Part shown: positions 1 to 7,802 of the stretch, piece by piece
Layout: each line of letters begins with the position of its first letter
How positions within the stretch are numbered: position 1 is the first letter of the stretch
Assembly (NCBI GenBank): GCA_004284765.1
Contig: NQJD01000013.1
Span: forward strand, 1 to 32,000
Origin: Candidatus Electronema aureum
GTDB lineage: Bacteria > Desulfobacterota > Desulfobulbia > Desulfobulbales > Desulfobulbaceae
Direction: 5' to 3'
DNA length: 32,000 nt
Made by a program: the position numbers and the translations under genes
The notes under the pieces: generated by a model
The model's input: the letters and a program-made list of their open reading frames with translations, nothing else
What the model was told of the DNA's origin: nothing
The model's database searches: none

Positions 1-96
1 CTGATTCGTAAAATTTTGGCGCACACTGTTTGTGTCTTCCTTAATTTGGTCTATAACCGCCCTCCACTTGACTTGGATGGCTTGATTGCTGCCTAA
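1..96 (+). mobile_element. 3' end of a DDE transposase gene (IS982-like tail), partial at the window edge
   Basis: Frame +1 is open from base 1 and reads LIRKILAHTVCVFLNLVYNRPPLDLDGLIAA, ending at TAA 94-96. The RKILAHT...LN...PL tail matches what I remember of IS982-type transposase C-termini. The IS end and inverted repeat cannot be verified without the other end. Confidence 0.45.
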
Positions 97-118
97 TCAA
101 GTTTAAAAGAGTTGCACA

Positions 119-484
119 TTAGGTGAATGGCTGTTTCGGGGACTGCCTGCCGGAGGCGACAAGGAAATCAACCACGCCCCAGAGCCTCTTTCCTGCCGCG
201 TATTCAACGTTCAGCTCCCGCTCAAGAAAGGGGCGGTATGCAGCCTGATGGAAATCAACTAAGTTGAGCAGCAGGGCGATGAAGCACATCTTCAGCTCTT
301 CCTCGTTCCAGTCATGCACATGCTCCAAGAGCGTTTGCGACAAATGATGCAGCGTCTTTTGTTCAGCCTCAGAACATGACGGCGACACAGAAATCCATTC
401 TTGCAGCGGCACATGCTGCCGGTCGGCAGAGAGACCGAATTCGTCTTCAATCTCTTCTTTTGTCCATTGAGAGAATGGTTTCAT
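119..484 (-). CDS. Hypothetical protein, probably the N-terminal part of an HsdR-N / PD-(D/E)XK-like family gene whose 3' end is missing
   Basis: ATG at 484 sits 3 nt after GAGGTG; the ORF-track start at 490 is a GTG. The sequence MKPFSQWTKEEIEDEFGL...LWGVVDFLVASGRQSPKQPF resembles a family that, as I recall, continues into an E-x-K nuclease-like core. Here the frame stops at 119-121, about 20 bp from the transposase stop. Confidence 0.5.
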   Translation of the reverse strand: MKPFSQWTKEEIEDEFGLSADRQHVPLQEWISVSPSCSEAEQKTLHHLSQTLLEHVHDWNEEELKMCFIALLLNLVDFHQAAYRPFLERELNVEYAAGKRLWGVVDFLVASGRQSPKQPFT

Positions 485-816
485 AAGCACCTCTGCTTTT
501 GGATTGAATCTTTGCCCAGTCAGAACAGCTTGCCGCTATTCCGGCAGTGCCAGCCCAGATTCCTTGAGAATCTCTATGCCCTTCAAGATGCTCCTCCGGT
601 CAACAAGCTGAGGAACTGCATGGACGTATCCATTCAGCAGCAGAACAAATATCTGCTGATTCAGCCCTGAAGGATGATCTAGGATGGCAAAAATTCTTTC
701 CTCAGAATCAGCTCGGCGATCTGATCAAAGGAGATGTTCCGTTCCAGCCGCAGCTTTTGGTTCTTCCCGTCATCCCAGAGTATTATATCACATGTAGGCT
801 GTCGTTATGCCTATGT

Positions 817-850
817 AAACCATCTAGCGGCACGCACCGCTGGATGGTTT
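817..850 (-). terminator. Hairpin just 3' of the 858..1648 gene (terminator-like, no clear U-run)
   Basis: AAACCATCTAGCGG (817-830) pairs with CCGCTGGATGGTTT (837-850) at 13 of 14 positions, with a 6-nt loop. It starts 8 nt after the stop codon on the minus strand. Confidence 0.4.
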
Positions 851-857
851 GGTTAGC

Positions 858-1648
858 CTAAATTGCTTCAACACCTTCAGACCTATAGCGTTGTCCTAAT
901 GATTCACCACCACCTACGGCACTATCCAGAAAGGAAGACAATTCCGCCATTGCCGCCAACGCTTCATCAATTCGCTCCAAGTTTTGCCCTTGTCCAGTTT
1001 GTATAAAATACTCTATCAATCTACTAAACCAAATTGCATCTTCCGAACGAAGGAGATTGCAAAATTCCCTGTATGTTAATAATCGATTTTCGGCTCTGTT
1101 GTACAGATCATGACCGATGCTAAACTGAGAAACGTAGAATATCCCAAAATTACGAAGAAATCTGAGGGATACTTTTGTTGACAACGCAAGCAGTCTCGTG
1201 TCGTCGGTTTTTGATAGTTCCAGAAAAGGAACCGATTCTCGCACTCTGTTTAAACATGAAAAAAGACAAGCAGCCAAATAACACGAGGAAACCAGATAAC
1301 ACCCTTCTCTGTTAAACCATAAATCTTCCTTATTTTTTATTCCATCTGGGTTTTTCTCAAATAGAAAAATATCGCACTTATTGCTATCTGATTGTTTTAC
1401 CCTGCGTCTTATTTCGGCCAATCTAAAATGACACTCAACTAAGAAAAGCCTCAATGGATTCAGGTGCTCTAATTGAATTTTTTTCTTTTCTTCTTTTTTT
1501 ACTGCATTGCGCTCTCGCCATGTAATTTTTTCTTTTCTTCTTTTTTTACTGCATTGCGCTCTCGCCATGTAATAACGTACTGGGTGCTCATGGCAACAAA
1601 TAACGATACAAATCCACCGATAATTATGACTAATATTTTAACGTCCAT
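858..1648 (-). pseudogene. TM-anchored hypothetical protein gene interrupted by a frameshifting 47-bp tandem duplication
   Basis: ATG at 1648 opens MDVKILVIIIGGFVSLFVAMSTQYVITWRERNAVKKEEKKK (a hydrophobic helix). That frame hits TAA inside the second repeat copy. ORF 858..1568 resumes from an ATG inside the repeat. Removing one copy leaves 744 nt, i.e. 247 codons plus stop, uninterrupted. The gene body is AT-rich and I recognise no domain. Confidence 0.6.
1479..1572. repeat. Perfect 2 x 47-bp tandem duplication
   Basis: 1479-1525 and 1526-1572 are identical base for base: ttttttcttttcttctttttttactgcattgcgctctcgccatgtaa. Confidence 0.95.
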
Positions 1649-2188
1649 CGTCTTTCTAGCTAAAAATGATTCTACAGTTTCTGTACAACTCCAAAATACC
1701 CCTCTCCTCCACGTCTTGCAAGCAGTTTAGCGGGCAGCATCACTGGAGCATAGGCACGGCACAGACTGGCAGATATTCTGAAGGTGAGCGCGTAACCGGC
1801 TGAGACGCTGCCAAGGGTGTTGAATGCGCCCTTGCTTTTTTTCAGGTGCGAAGGATGACGGAATGCCTTATTATTCCGCTTGATCCGGGCGCGGTGCGCT
1901 TCGCTGCTCTTCTCAAGGATGACCGTGCCGATATTGTACTTTATGGAGAAGCGGTGGGAGAGGGGGCGGGGTAATATCTGAAGCCCAAGGCAGCGGCAAT
2001 TCTCCTCTGGATATCAGTTGAACCTCTCCCTGAATCCGTGTAACGTATCCGGCGATGTGATGAACCGCTCCAAATGGCCGTTGAACAGACCTGCGGAGCC
2101 GTTCAACGACTCTGAACAGGCGAAATGCGGGCCGTCGCCTCAACACATTTGACCCGCTGACTAACAAAGCACAACAAGGGAGAATCTG

Positions 2189-5100
2189 ATGCTCTCGAAG
2201 TTCTTTCTCGACCGGCCTGTATTCGCCTGGGTTATCTCCATCATCATCATGAGCGCAGGCGGGCTGGCGATCTACAAGATGCCGGTGTCGCAGTATCCGC
2301 CCATCGCGCCGCCTGCCATTTCCATTGATGCCTTCTTTCCGGGCGCATCGGCAGAGACGGTCGAGAACACCGTCACCCAGATCATCGAGCAGAAGATTAC
2401 CGGCTTGGATGACATGCTCTACATCTCTGGCACCAGTTCGTCCTCTGGCGGCTCGCGGGTGGAGCTGACCTTTGCGCCGGGTACTGATCCTGATCTGGCT
2501 TGGTCTAAGGTGCAGAACAAACTCCAGCTTGCCTTAGCCAGCCTACCTGATGTGGTGCAGCGTTCTGGCGTGCGGGTGAACAAATCGACCCGCAACTACT
2601 TGATCCTCGTTGGTCTGGTGTCGGAAGACGGCAGCATGGACAGCAACGATTTGCAGGACTATGCCCAGTCGAGTCTTGAGAAAGTTCTTTCCCGTGTGCC
2701 GGGTGTGGGTGAGGTTGAGCCGTTCGGCGCACAGTATTCGATGAAAATCTGGGTCAACCCGGACAAGCTGACCAGCTACAACCTGACGATGGAGGATGTG
2801 GCTGCCGCCTTGCGTACCTACAACGTTGAGGTCTCTGCTGGACAGCTCGGCGGCACACCTGCTTTGCCGGGCCAACGGCTGAACGCGCCCATCGTGGTGC
2901 AGCATCTGCTCCAGACCCCGGAGGAGTTCGCGCAGATACCTATCCGTATCAATGAAGACGGCTCAACCGTGCGGGTCAAAGACATAGGCCGCACTGAATT
3001 AGCCAGCGAGCGCAGCGACGCAATCACCAAGAGCAACGGCAAGCCCTCAGCAGTCATGGCTATCCGTCAGGCTGCCGGTGCCAACGCCCTGTCCACGGCG
3101 GATGCGGTCAAGGCGAAGCTGGAGGAGATGAGCAAGTTCTTTCCGCCCGGCATGAAGGTGATTTATCCTTACGACACCACGCCTTTTACCAAAGTGTCGA
3201 TTGATGAAGTGGTAAAGACCCTCTTTGAAGCGGTACTGTTGGTCTTCATCATCATGTACGTGTTCATGGGCAATATCCGCGCTACTATCATCCCGACCAT
3301 TGCCGTACCCGTAGTGCTGCTCGGCACCTTTGCTGTGCTGGGCTTTGCCGGGTATTCGGTCAACATGCTGACCATGTTTGCGATGGTGCTGGCTATCGGC
3401 CTGCTGGTTGATGATGCGATTGTCGTGGTGGAGAACGTCGAGCGCATCATGAGCGAGGAAGGGCTTTCGCCCAAGGCCGCGACAGCTAAATCCATGGACG
3501 AGATCACCAGTGCCCTGATCGGCATCGGTCTGGTGCTCTCCGCTGTGTTCGGGCCAATGGCCTTCTTTCCCGGCTCCACCGGTGTACTGTATCGTCAGTT
3601 CTCTGTCACCCTGATTGCGGCGATGCTGCTGTCTGTAGTTGTCGCCCTGATCCTCACCCCGGTGCTCTGCGCCTCCTTTCTGCGCCCAGTCAAGGCTGGG
3701 CATTCGCCCTCAGAAAGCGCGATCTTCTTCATGCGCCCTTTCTTCATCGTCTTCGAGTTCTGCTTCGGCTGGATTCGCGGCCTTTACGTGCGCTTTGTTG
3801 CCTTTTCTCTGCGCATCAAAGTCGTCTTCATCGTCTTCTACCTCCTGATCGTGCTGCTGGTGGGCTTCCTCTTCCAACGGATGCCTACGTCGTATATCCC
3901 TGATGAAGATCAGGGCATTCTGCTCGTGCAGGTCAGGCTGCCAGCAGGCTCCACCTTGGAGCAGACTGAGGCGGTTATCAACAAGGTACGCAGCCATTTC
4001 TTAGAAAACGAGAAAGAAGCAGTGGCGAATGTCATGACCGCAGTCGGGCGGAACTTCGGTGGCCAAGGCCAGAACTTGGCGATGAGCTTTGTCAAGCTGA
4101 AGGACTGGAAGCTCCGTCAGCGGCCTGATCTGAAGGTGAAGGCAGTCGCAGGCCGAGCAATGGCGGTGTTCTCCAAGATCAAGGAAGGACAGGTGATCTC
4201 CTTCCCGCCGCCACCGGTAATGGAGTTGGGTATGGCCACAGGCTTTGACTTTCAACTGCAAGACCGTGGTGGCTTGGGACATGAGATGCTGACAGCTTCC
4301 CGTAACCAGCTCCTCGGCATGGCGATGCAGGAACCGCGCCTGATGGCCGTACGGCCCAACGGCATGGATGACACGCCTGAATACCGGGTGGATGTTGATT
4401 GGGACAAGGCAGGTGCGCTCGGCGTACCGCTCGGCTCTATCCACAGCACCTTGGCTACCGCGTTCGGCAGCTCGTATGTCAATGACTTCATCCAAGCAGG
4501 CCGGGTAAAGAAGGTCTATGTCCAGGCCGACGCGCCCTATCGCAGGTTGCCGCAGGACTTAGAGCGGCTCTACGTGCGCAACAAAGAAGGCAAGATGGTG
4601 CCGTTCTCTGCCTTTGCCTCAGCCCGCTGGAGCCTCGGCTCACCTAAGTTGGAGCGCTTCAATGCCTTCCCCTCCATGAACATTCAGGGGCAGCCCGCGC
4701 CGGGCCACAGCACCGGCGAGGCAATGGCGATCATGGAGCAGCTCGTTTCCAAACTGCCGCAAGGCATCAGCTTCGACTGGAGCGGGCTGTCGTATCAGGA
4801 GCGGATGTCCACCAAGCAGGGGCCACTGCTCTACGCCTTCTCGATCTTCGTCATCTTCCTCTGCGTGGCCGCGCTGTACGAGAGCTGGACAATTCCTTTC
4901 GTCAACCTGCTGATGCTGCCGCTGGGGGTATTCGGCGCAATCGTTGCCACCTCAATGCGGGGGATGCCCAACGATGTCTATTTCCAGATCGGCTTCCTCA
5001 CCACAATGGGCCTTTCGACCAAGAACGCCATCCTGATCATCCAGTTCATCAAGGAGCGAATGGAGAAAGGGCAGGACTTAGTTGAGGCCACGCTGGATGC

Positions 5101-5326
5101 GGTTAAAACCCGCTTCCGTCCAGTCATGATGACTTCGTTAGCCTTCTTCTTTGGCGTGCTGCCGTTAGCCATCGCTTTTGGCGCAGGCGCAGGCGCAATG
5201 AATGCGCTCGGCACGGCGGTCTGTGGCGGCATGATTTCTGCTACCTTCATTGACCTTGTGTTCATCCCGCTGTTCTTTGTGGCGGTGTCAAAGATGTTCC
5301 ATAAGGAGCAGCGCGTGATTCAATAG
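2189..5326 (+). CDS. RND efflux transporter permease (AcrB/MexB-type, HAE1-like)
   Basis: 1045 aa. Opens with the typical FFLDRPVFAWVISIIIM; shows the 12-TM plus two large loop layout, and VDDAIVVVENVERIM and KNAILIIQF motifs. SD AAGGGAGA lies upstream of the ATG. Confidence 0.95.
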   Translation: MLSKFFLDRPVFAWVISIIIMSAGGLAIYKMPVSQYPPIAPPAISIDAFFPGASAETVENTVTQIIEQKITGLDDMLYISGTSSSSGGSRVELTFAPGTDPDLAWSKVQNKLQLALASLPDVVQRSGVRVNKSTRNYLILVGLVSEDGSMDSNDLQDYAQSSLEKVLSRVPGVGEVEPFGAQYSMKIWVNPDKLTSYNLTMEDVAAALRTYNVEVSAGQLGGTPALPGQRLNAPIVVQHLLQTPEEFAQIPIRINEDGSTVRVKDIGRTELASERSDAITKSNGKPSAVMAIRQAAGANALSTADAVKAKLEEMSKFFPPGMKVIYPYDTTPFTKVSIDEVVKTLFEAVLLVFIIMYVFMGNIRATIIPTIAVPVVLLGTFAVLGFAGYSVNMLTMFAMVLAIGLLVDDAIVVVENVERIMSEEGLSPKAATAKSMDEITSALIGIGLVLSAVFGPMAFFPGSTGVLYRQFSVTLIAAMLLSVVVALILTPVLCASFLRPVKAGHSPSESAIFFMRPFFIVFEFCFGWIRGLYVRFVAFSLRIKVVFIVFYLLIVLLVGFLFQRMPTSYIPDEDQGILLVQVRLPAGSTLEQTEAVINKVRSHFLENEKEAVANVMTAVGRNFGGQGQNLAMSFVKLKDWKLRQRPDLKVKAVAGRAMAVFSKIKEGQVISFPPPPVMELGMATGFDFQLQDRGGLGHEMLTASRNQLLGMAMQEPRLMAVRPNGMDDTPEYRVDVDWDKAGALGVPLGSIHSTLATAFGSSYVNDFIQAGRVKKVYVQADAPYRRLPQDLERLYVRNKEGKMVPFSAFASARWSLGSPKLERFNAFPSMNIQGQPAPGHSTGEAMAIMEQLVSKLPQGISFDWSGLSYQERMSTKQGPLLYAFSIFVIFLCVAALYESWTIPFVNLLMLPLGVFGAIVATSMRGMPNDVYFQIGFLTTMGLSTKNAILIIQFIKERMEKGQDLVEATLDAVKTRFRPVMMTSLAFFFGVLPLAIAFGAGAGAMNALGTAVCGGMISATFIDLVFIPLFFVAVSKMFHKEQRVIQ

Positions 5327-5371
5327 ATAGAACTGCACCTTACGGTGGTTTACGGGTAGTTTGGCTTCGTC

Positions 5372-5400
5372 TGGTAAATCCGCGCTGGTTCGGCTATAAT
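5372..5400 (+). promoter_or_regulatory. Candidate sigma70 promoter for the DUF1566 gene
   Basis: TGGTAA (5372-5377), 17-nt spacer, TATAAT (5395-5400), about 70 nt upstream of ATG 5469. The -35 is weak. Confidence 0.3.
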
Positions 5401-5468
5401 AAACGTCTGGACACCCGTAAACAGCACAGGGCTTTGAACCCTGTTCATCCCCATCTAAGGAGACAGCT

Positions 5469-6410
5469 ATGGGACTTTTCGACGCGTTGCACCTGACCGG
5501 CAACCCGACTGCGGTTGACTGGGAAATGACCCCGGAATACACCTTCGGCACCTTTGAGAGCTGGGGCGGCAGAGAGCGTGTCCGCAGCAACAAAGAGCGG
5601 ATTTATTACTTTTTCATTGATGCTTGGGGAGAAGAACCCAAGCTCTGTCTGATGGAGCGAGGCATTAAATACGCCAGAGTAGCAGCAGAGATATTAGCAC
5701 CACCAGAGATGCTGCGGCGGGCTGTGGTCAAACAGGGCAAGGTAGCCCGATTTGAACGCACTTTGGCTATTGACGAAGAGCTGAAGCAGTGGCTCTTAGT
5801 CAATGTGATGGAAACCGAGGACAACTCTAAGGTGGTGCCAGTAGAAAATGCAGACCGCAGCGACAGCTTGGGGCCTGCTGGTCTGCCGGGGCTTGATGCG
5901 CCACTGCCTGCCGATTGTCAGCCCTTACAGCTGCCAAACACACCGACAGAGTTGATTGAAGAAGAAGCAGACAGTCTGATCAAAGAATACAGCCTGATTG
6001 ATCACGAGCGCAACCCAGAGGGACAGTTTAAAGGCTATTTGGTCGATAGCGGTGATGGTCTCACCGTGACTGACAAAGTCACCGGCCTGATGTGGCAGCG
6101 AGGCGGCTTGGACATCATGAGCGGACGGATGATGCGCAAAGCTATTGAGGAACTGAACCGAGAAGGCTTTGTCGGGTATTCTGACTGGCGGCTACCGACC
6201 TTAGCTGAGGCTCTTTCGCTGATGGAGAAGGAGATGAATGCCAAGGGCCAGCACCTGCATCCGGCGTTTTCCTCAGATCAGCCCTTTATTTTTGTCGATA
6301 CCGTGCGGCGGCCTGGCGGACAATGGTTTGTCGATTTTAAACACGGGCGGGCCTACTGGGCCTCTGGCACCATCCCCGGTGGTTTTGGCCGTCTTTGTCG
6401 TAACGCTTAA
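5469..6410 (+). CDS. DUF1566 (Lcl C-terminal-like) domain protein with an unrecognised N-terminal domain
   Basis: The C-terminal TGLMWQRGG...GYSDWRLPTLAEALSLME matches the DUF1566 signature. SD TAAGGAGA is present. No signal peptide is visible. Confidence 0.75.
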   Translation: MGLFDALHLTGNPTAVDWEMTPEYTFGTFESWGGRERVRSNKERIYYFFIDAWGEEPKLCLMERGIKYARVAAEILAPPEMLRRAVVKQGKVARFERTLAIDEELKQWLLVNVMETEDNSKVVPVENADRSDSLGPAGLPGLDAPLPADCQPLQLPNTPTELIEEEADSLIKEYSLIDHERNPEGQFKGYLVDSGDGLTVTDKVTGLMWQRGGLDIMSGRMMRKAIEELNREGFVGYSDWRLPTLAEALSLMEKEMNAKGQHLHPAFSSDQPFIFVDTVRRPGGQWFVDFKHGRAYWASGTIPGGFGRLCRNA

Positions 6411-6415
6411 AAAAG

Positions 6416-6452
6416 AAAAGGAATCCGGCCTTGGTGGGATCGGATTCCTTTG
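6416..6452. terminator. Bidirectional rho-independent terminator between convergent genes
   Basis: GGAATCCG (6420-6427) pairs with CGGATTCC (6441-6448) around a 13-nt loop. It is flanked by an A-run upstream and TTT downstream. Confidence 0.6.
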
Positions 6453-6483
6453 TACGCAAACCGCTGTTCAGTTTAACTTCGCT

Positions 6484-7635
6484 TCACCGTACTTCCAAGG
6501 CTCGTATTTGGGTGTGACCCGTCTGCGCCAGCCGAGTTTGTTCTTTCTTCTGGAAACCGTAGTCAACCAAGCGCCGAATGTCCCGCCACATGGTTTCGCT
6601 TCCCATAATAGCGACTACAATTGCATCATCTCCCCTTCTAAACTGGCCGACATAGGTCTGGCGAGCTATACTGGTATAGCCGGTTTTGCCTGCTATAGCA
6701 CCCTCTACTTGCCAAAGAGCCTTGTTGTGGTTGCGCAAGGTTTTGCCGTAGGAGGTTCGCGTTTGTGTCTGCCGCATCCGTCCTGCAAAGTCTCGATCCT
6801 GCATAGCGTGACGGAAGATTTGAGCGAGATCACGGGCTGTACTCTGCTGTCCTTCGGCAGTCAGACCAGAGGCTGTACGACAGATGGTGTTTTCCGCGCC
6901 CCAGAGTCGGGCATGAAGAGTCATCAAGTTGGCAAAAGCAGACTCGCTGCCCGCGATTTTTTCCGCTAAAGCAACGCTGGCATCATTAGCTGATTCCAGC
7001 AGCACGGCGTTGATCAGATCATCAGCCTTGTACTGCTGACCGGAATTGAGATAAATTTTGGAACGGGGCATAGCCTCGGCACGAGAACTAACCGGAACAT
7101 TTTCATTTTCCTCCAGCCGTTTCAGAGCAATCAGGCCAGTCAGCACCTTGAGGGTAGAGGCTGGCTGACGTGGATTGTCTGGAGCCTTAGCAAAAATAGG
7201 TTCGCCAGTACGAGCATCCAAAATCATCACGCTCTTTGAGGTGATTTGCCTGCCCAATGCATCAGTAGGAACCGCAGGCTCTTCAAAGACCCTGCTGATA
7301 GCGGCTCTGACTCTTTCCCTGAATCTGCGATCAACTGACACGACGGCATTTCTTCTTTTTTTCGGTGCAGACTTACAGGCAATCTTTGTGGCCTTGCTCT
7401 TTTTGACTGCCGATTTCGCTGCAATTGCTTTCTTGGCGACCTTCTTTGCCGTTTTTGTTGTTTTTGCTTTCTTCGCTGAAGAAGATGCCTGCTTTTTCTG
7501 CGCAGCAGCAACATGCGGACGTTTTTTGCCACCGCTCAAAGCAGGAATTGATGCCGCGTGTACTTGGCTCACGAAAAAACAGACAGCCAGCACGTGGATA
7601 ACAAGAAGACGGTAACGAAATTTAGATATTGTCAT
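6484..7635 (-). CDS. Serine-type D-Ala-D-Ala carboxypeptidase (PBP5/6-like, peptidase S11) with a Lys/Ala-rich N-terminal tract
   Basis: Carries the SxxK motif (ASTLK), the SxN motif (ESANDAS) and KTG (GKTGYT). Signal peptide ...VCFFVSQVHA. The first ATG is at 7635; the ORF-track start at 7641 is a TTG. Confidence 0.85.
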   Translation of the reverse strand: MTISKFRYRLLVIHVLAVCFFVSQVHAASIPALSGGKKRPHVAAAQKKQASSSAKKAKTTKTAKKVAKKAIAAKSAVKKSKATKIACKSAPKKRRNAVVSVDRRFRERVRAAISRVFEEPAVPTDALGRQITSKSVMILDARTGEPIFAKAPDNPRQPASTLKVLTGLIALKRLEENENVPVSSRAEAMPRSKIYLNSGQQYKADDLINAVLLESANDASVALAEKIAGSESAFANLMTLHARLWGAENTICRTASGLTAEGQQSTARDLAQIFRHAMQDRDFAGRMRQTQTRTSYGKTLRNHNKALWQVEGAIAGKTGYTSIARQTYVGQFRRGDDAIVVAIMGSETMWRDIRRLVDYGFQKKEQTRLAQTGHTQIRALEVR

Positions 7636-7677
7636 GGTCAAAAGTGCGGCTGCGTGTTTTAGGCTCCTCCAATATCT

Positions 7678-7706
7678 TAAATATCGGTCAGCCCGTTTTA
7701 TGTCAA
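7678..7706 (-). promoter_or_regulatory. Candidate sigma70 promoter for the carboxypeptidase gene
   Basis: On the minus strand: TTGACA (7706-7701), 17-nt spacer, TATTTA (7683-7678). Confidence 0.35.
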
Positions 7707-7802
7707 GCAGTTTAGTCCCGCTTTCTTGAGAAAAATTCTCATTATAATTAGGGGCAGAACACAGGCAAGCGGCACTTTCGAGCTGATTCCTATGCCTTCA
7801 CT

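Noticed and set aside
401-670. An 89-aa plus-strand ORF, and the 85-aa ORF at 1473-1730.
   Set aside because: The first overlaps the better-supported minus-strand gene. The second is largely poly-F read from the T-rich repeat. Neither has a start context.
1731-2188. Remnant of a membrane-fusion-protein gene upstream of the RND permease, for example ...ECLIIPLDPGAVRF...DIVLYGEAVGEGAG.
   Set aside because: The similarity to MFP C-termini is too weak for me to assert by eye, and stops occur in all frames. It is left as a tblastn check.
2505-4495. Many 60-220-aa ORFs antisense to or overlapping the RND gene. Similar ORFs occur at 6238-6969, 7175-7615, 8048-9317, 13664-15382, 16135-18728, 20262-21370 and 30987-31541.
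   Set aside because: These are typical shadow ORFs inside strongly supported GC-rich genes. Their composition is R/A/G/P/S-rich, and they have no start signals.
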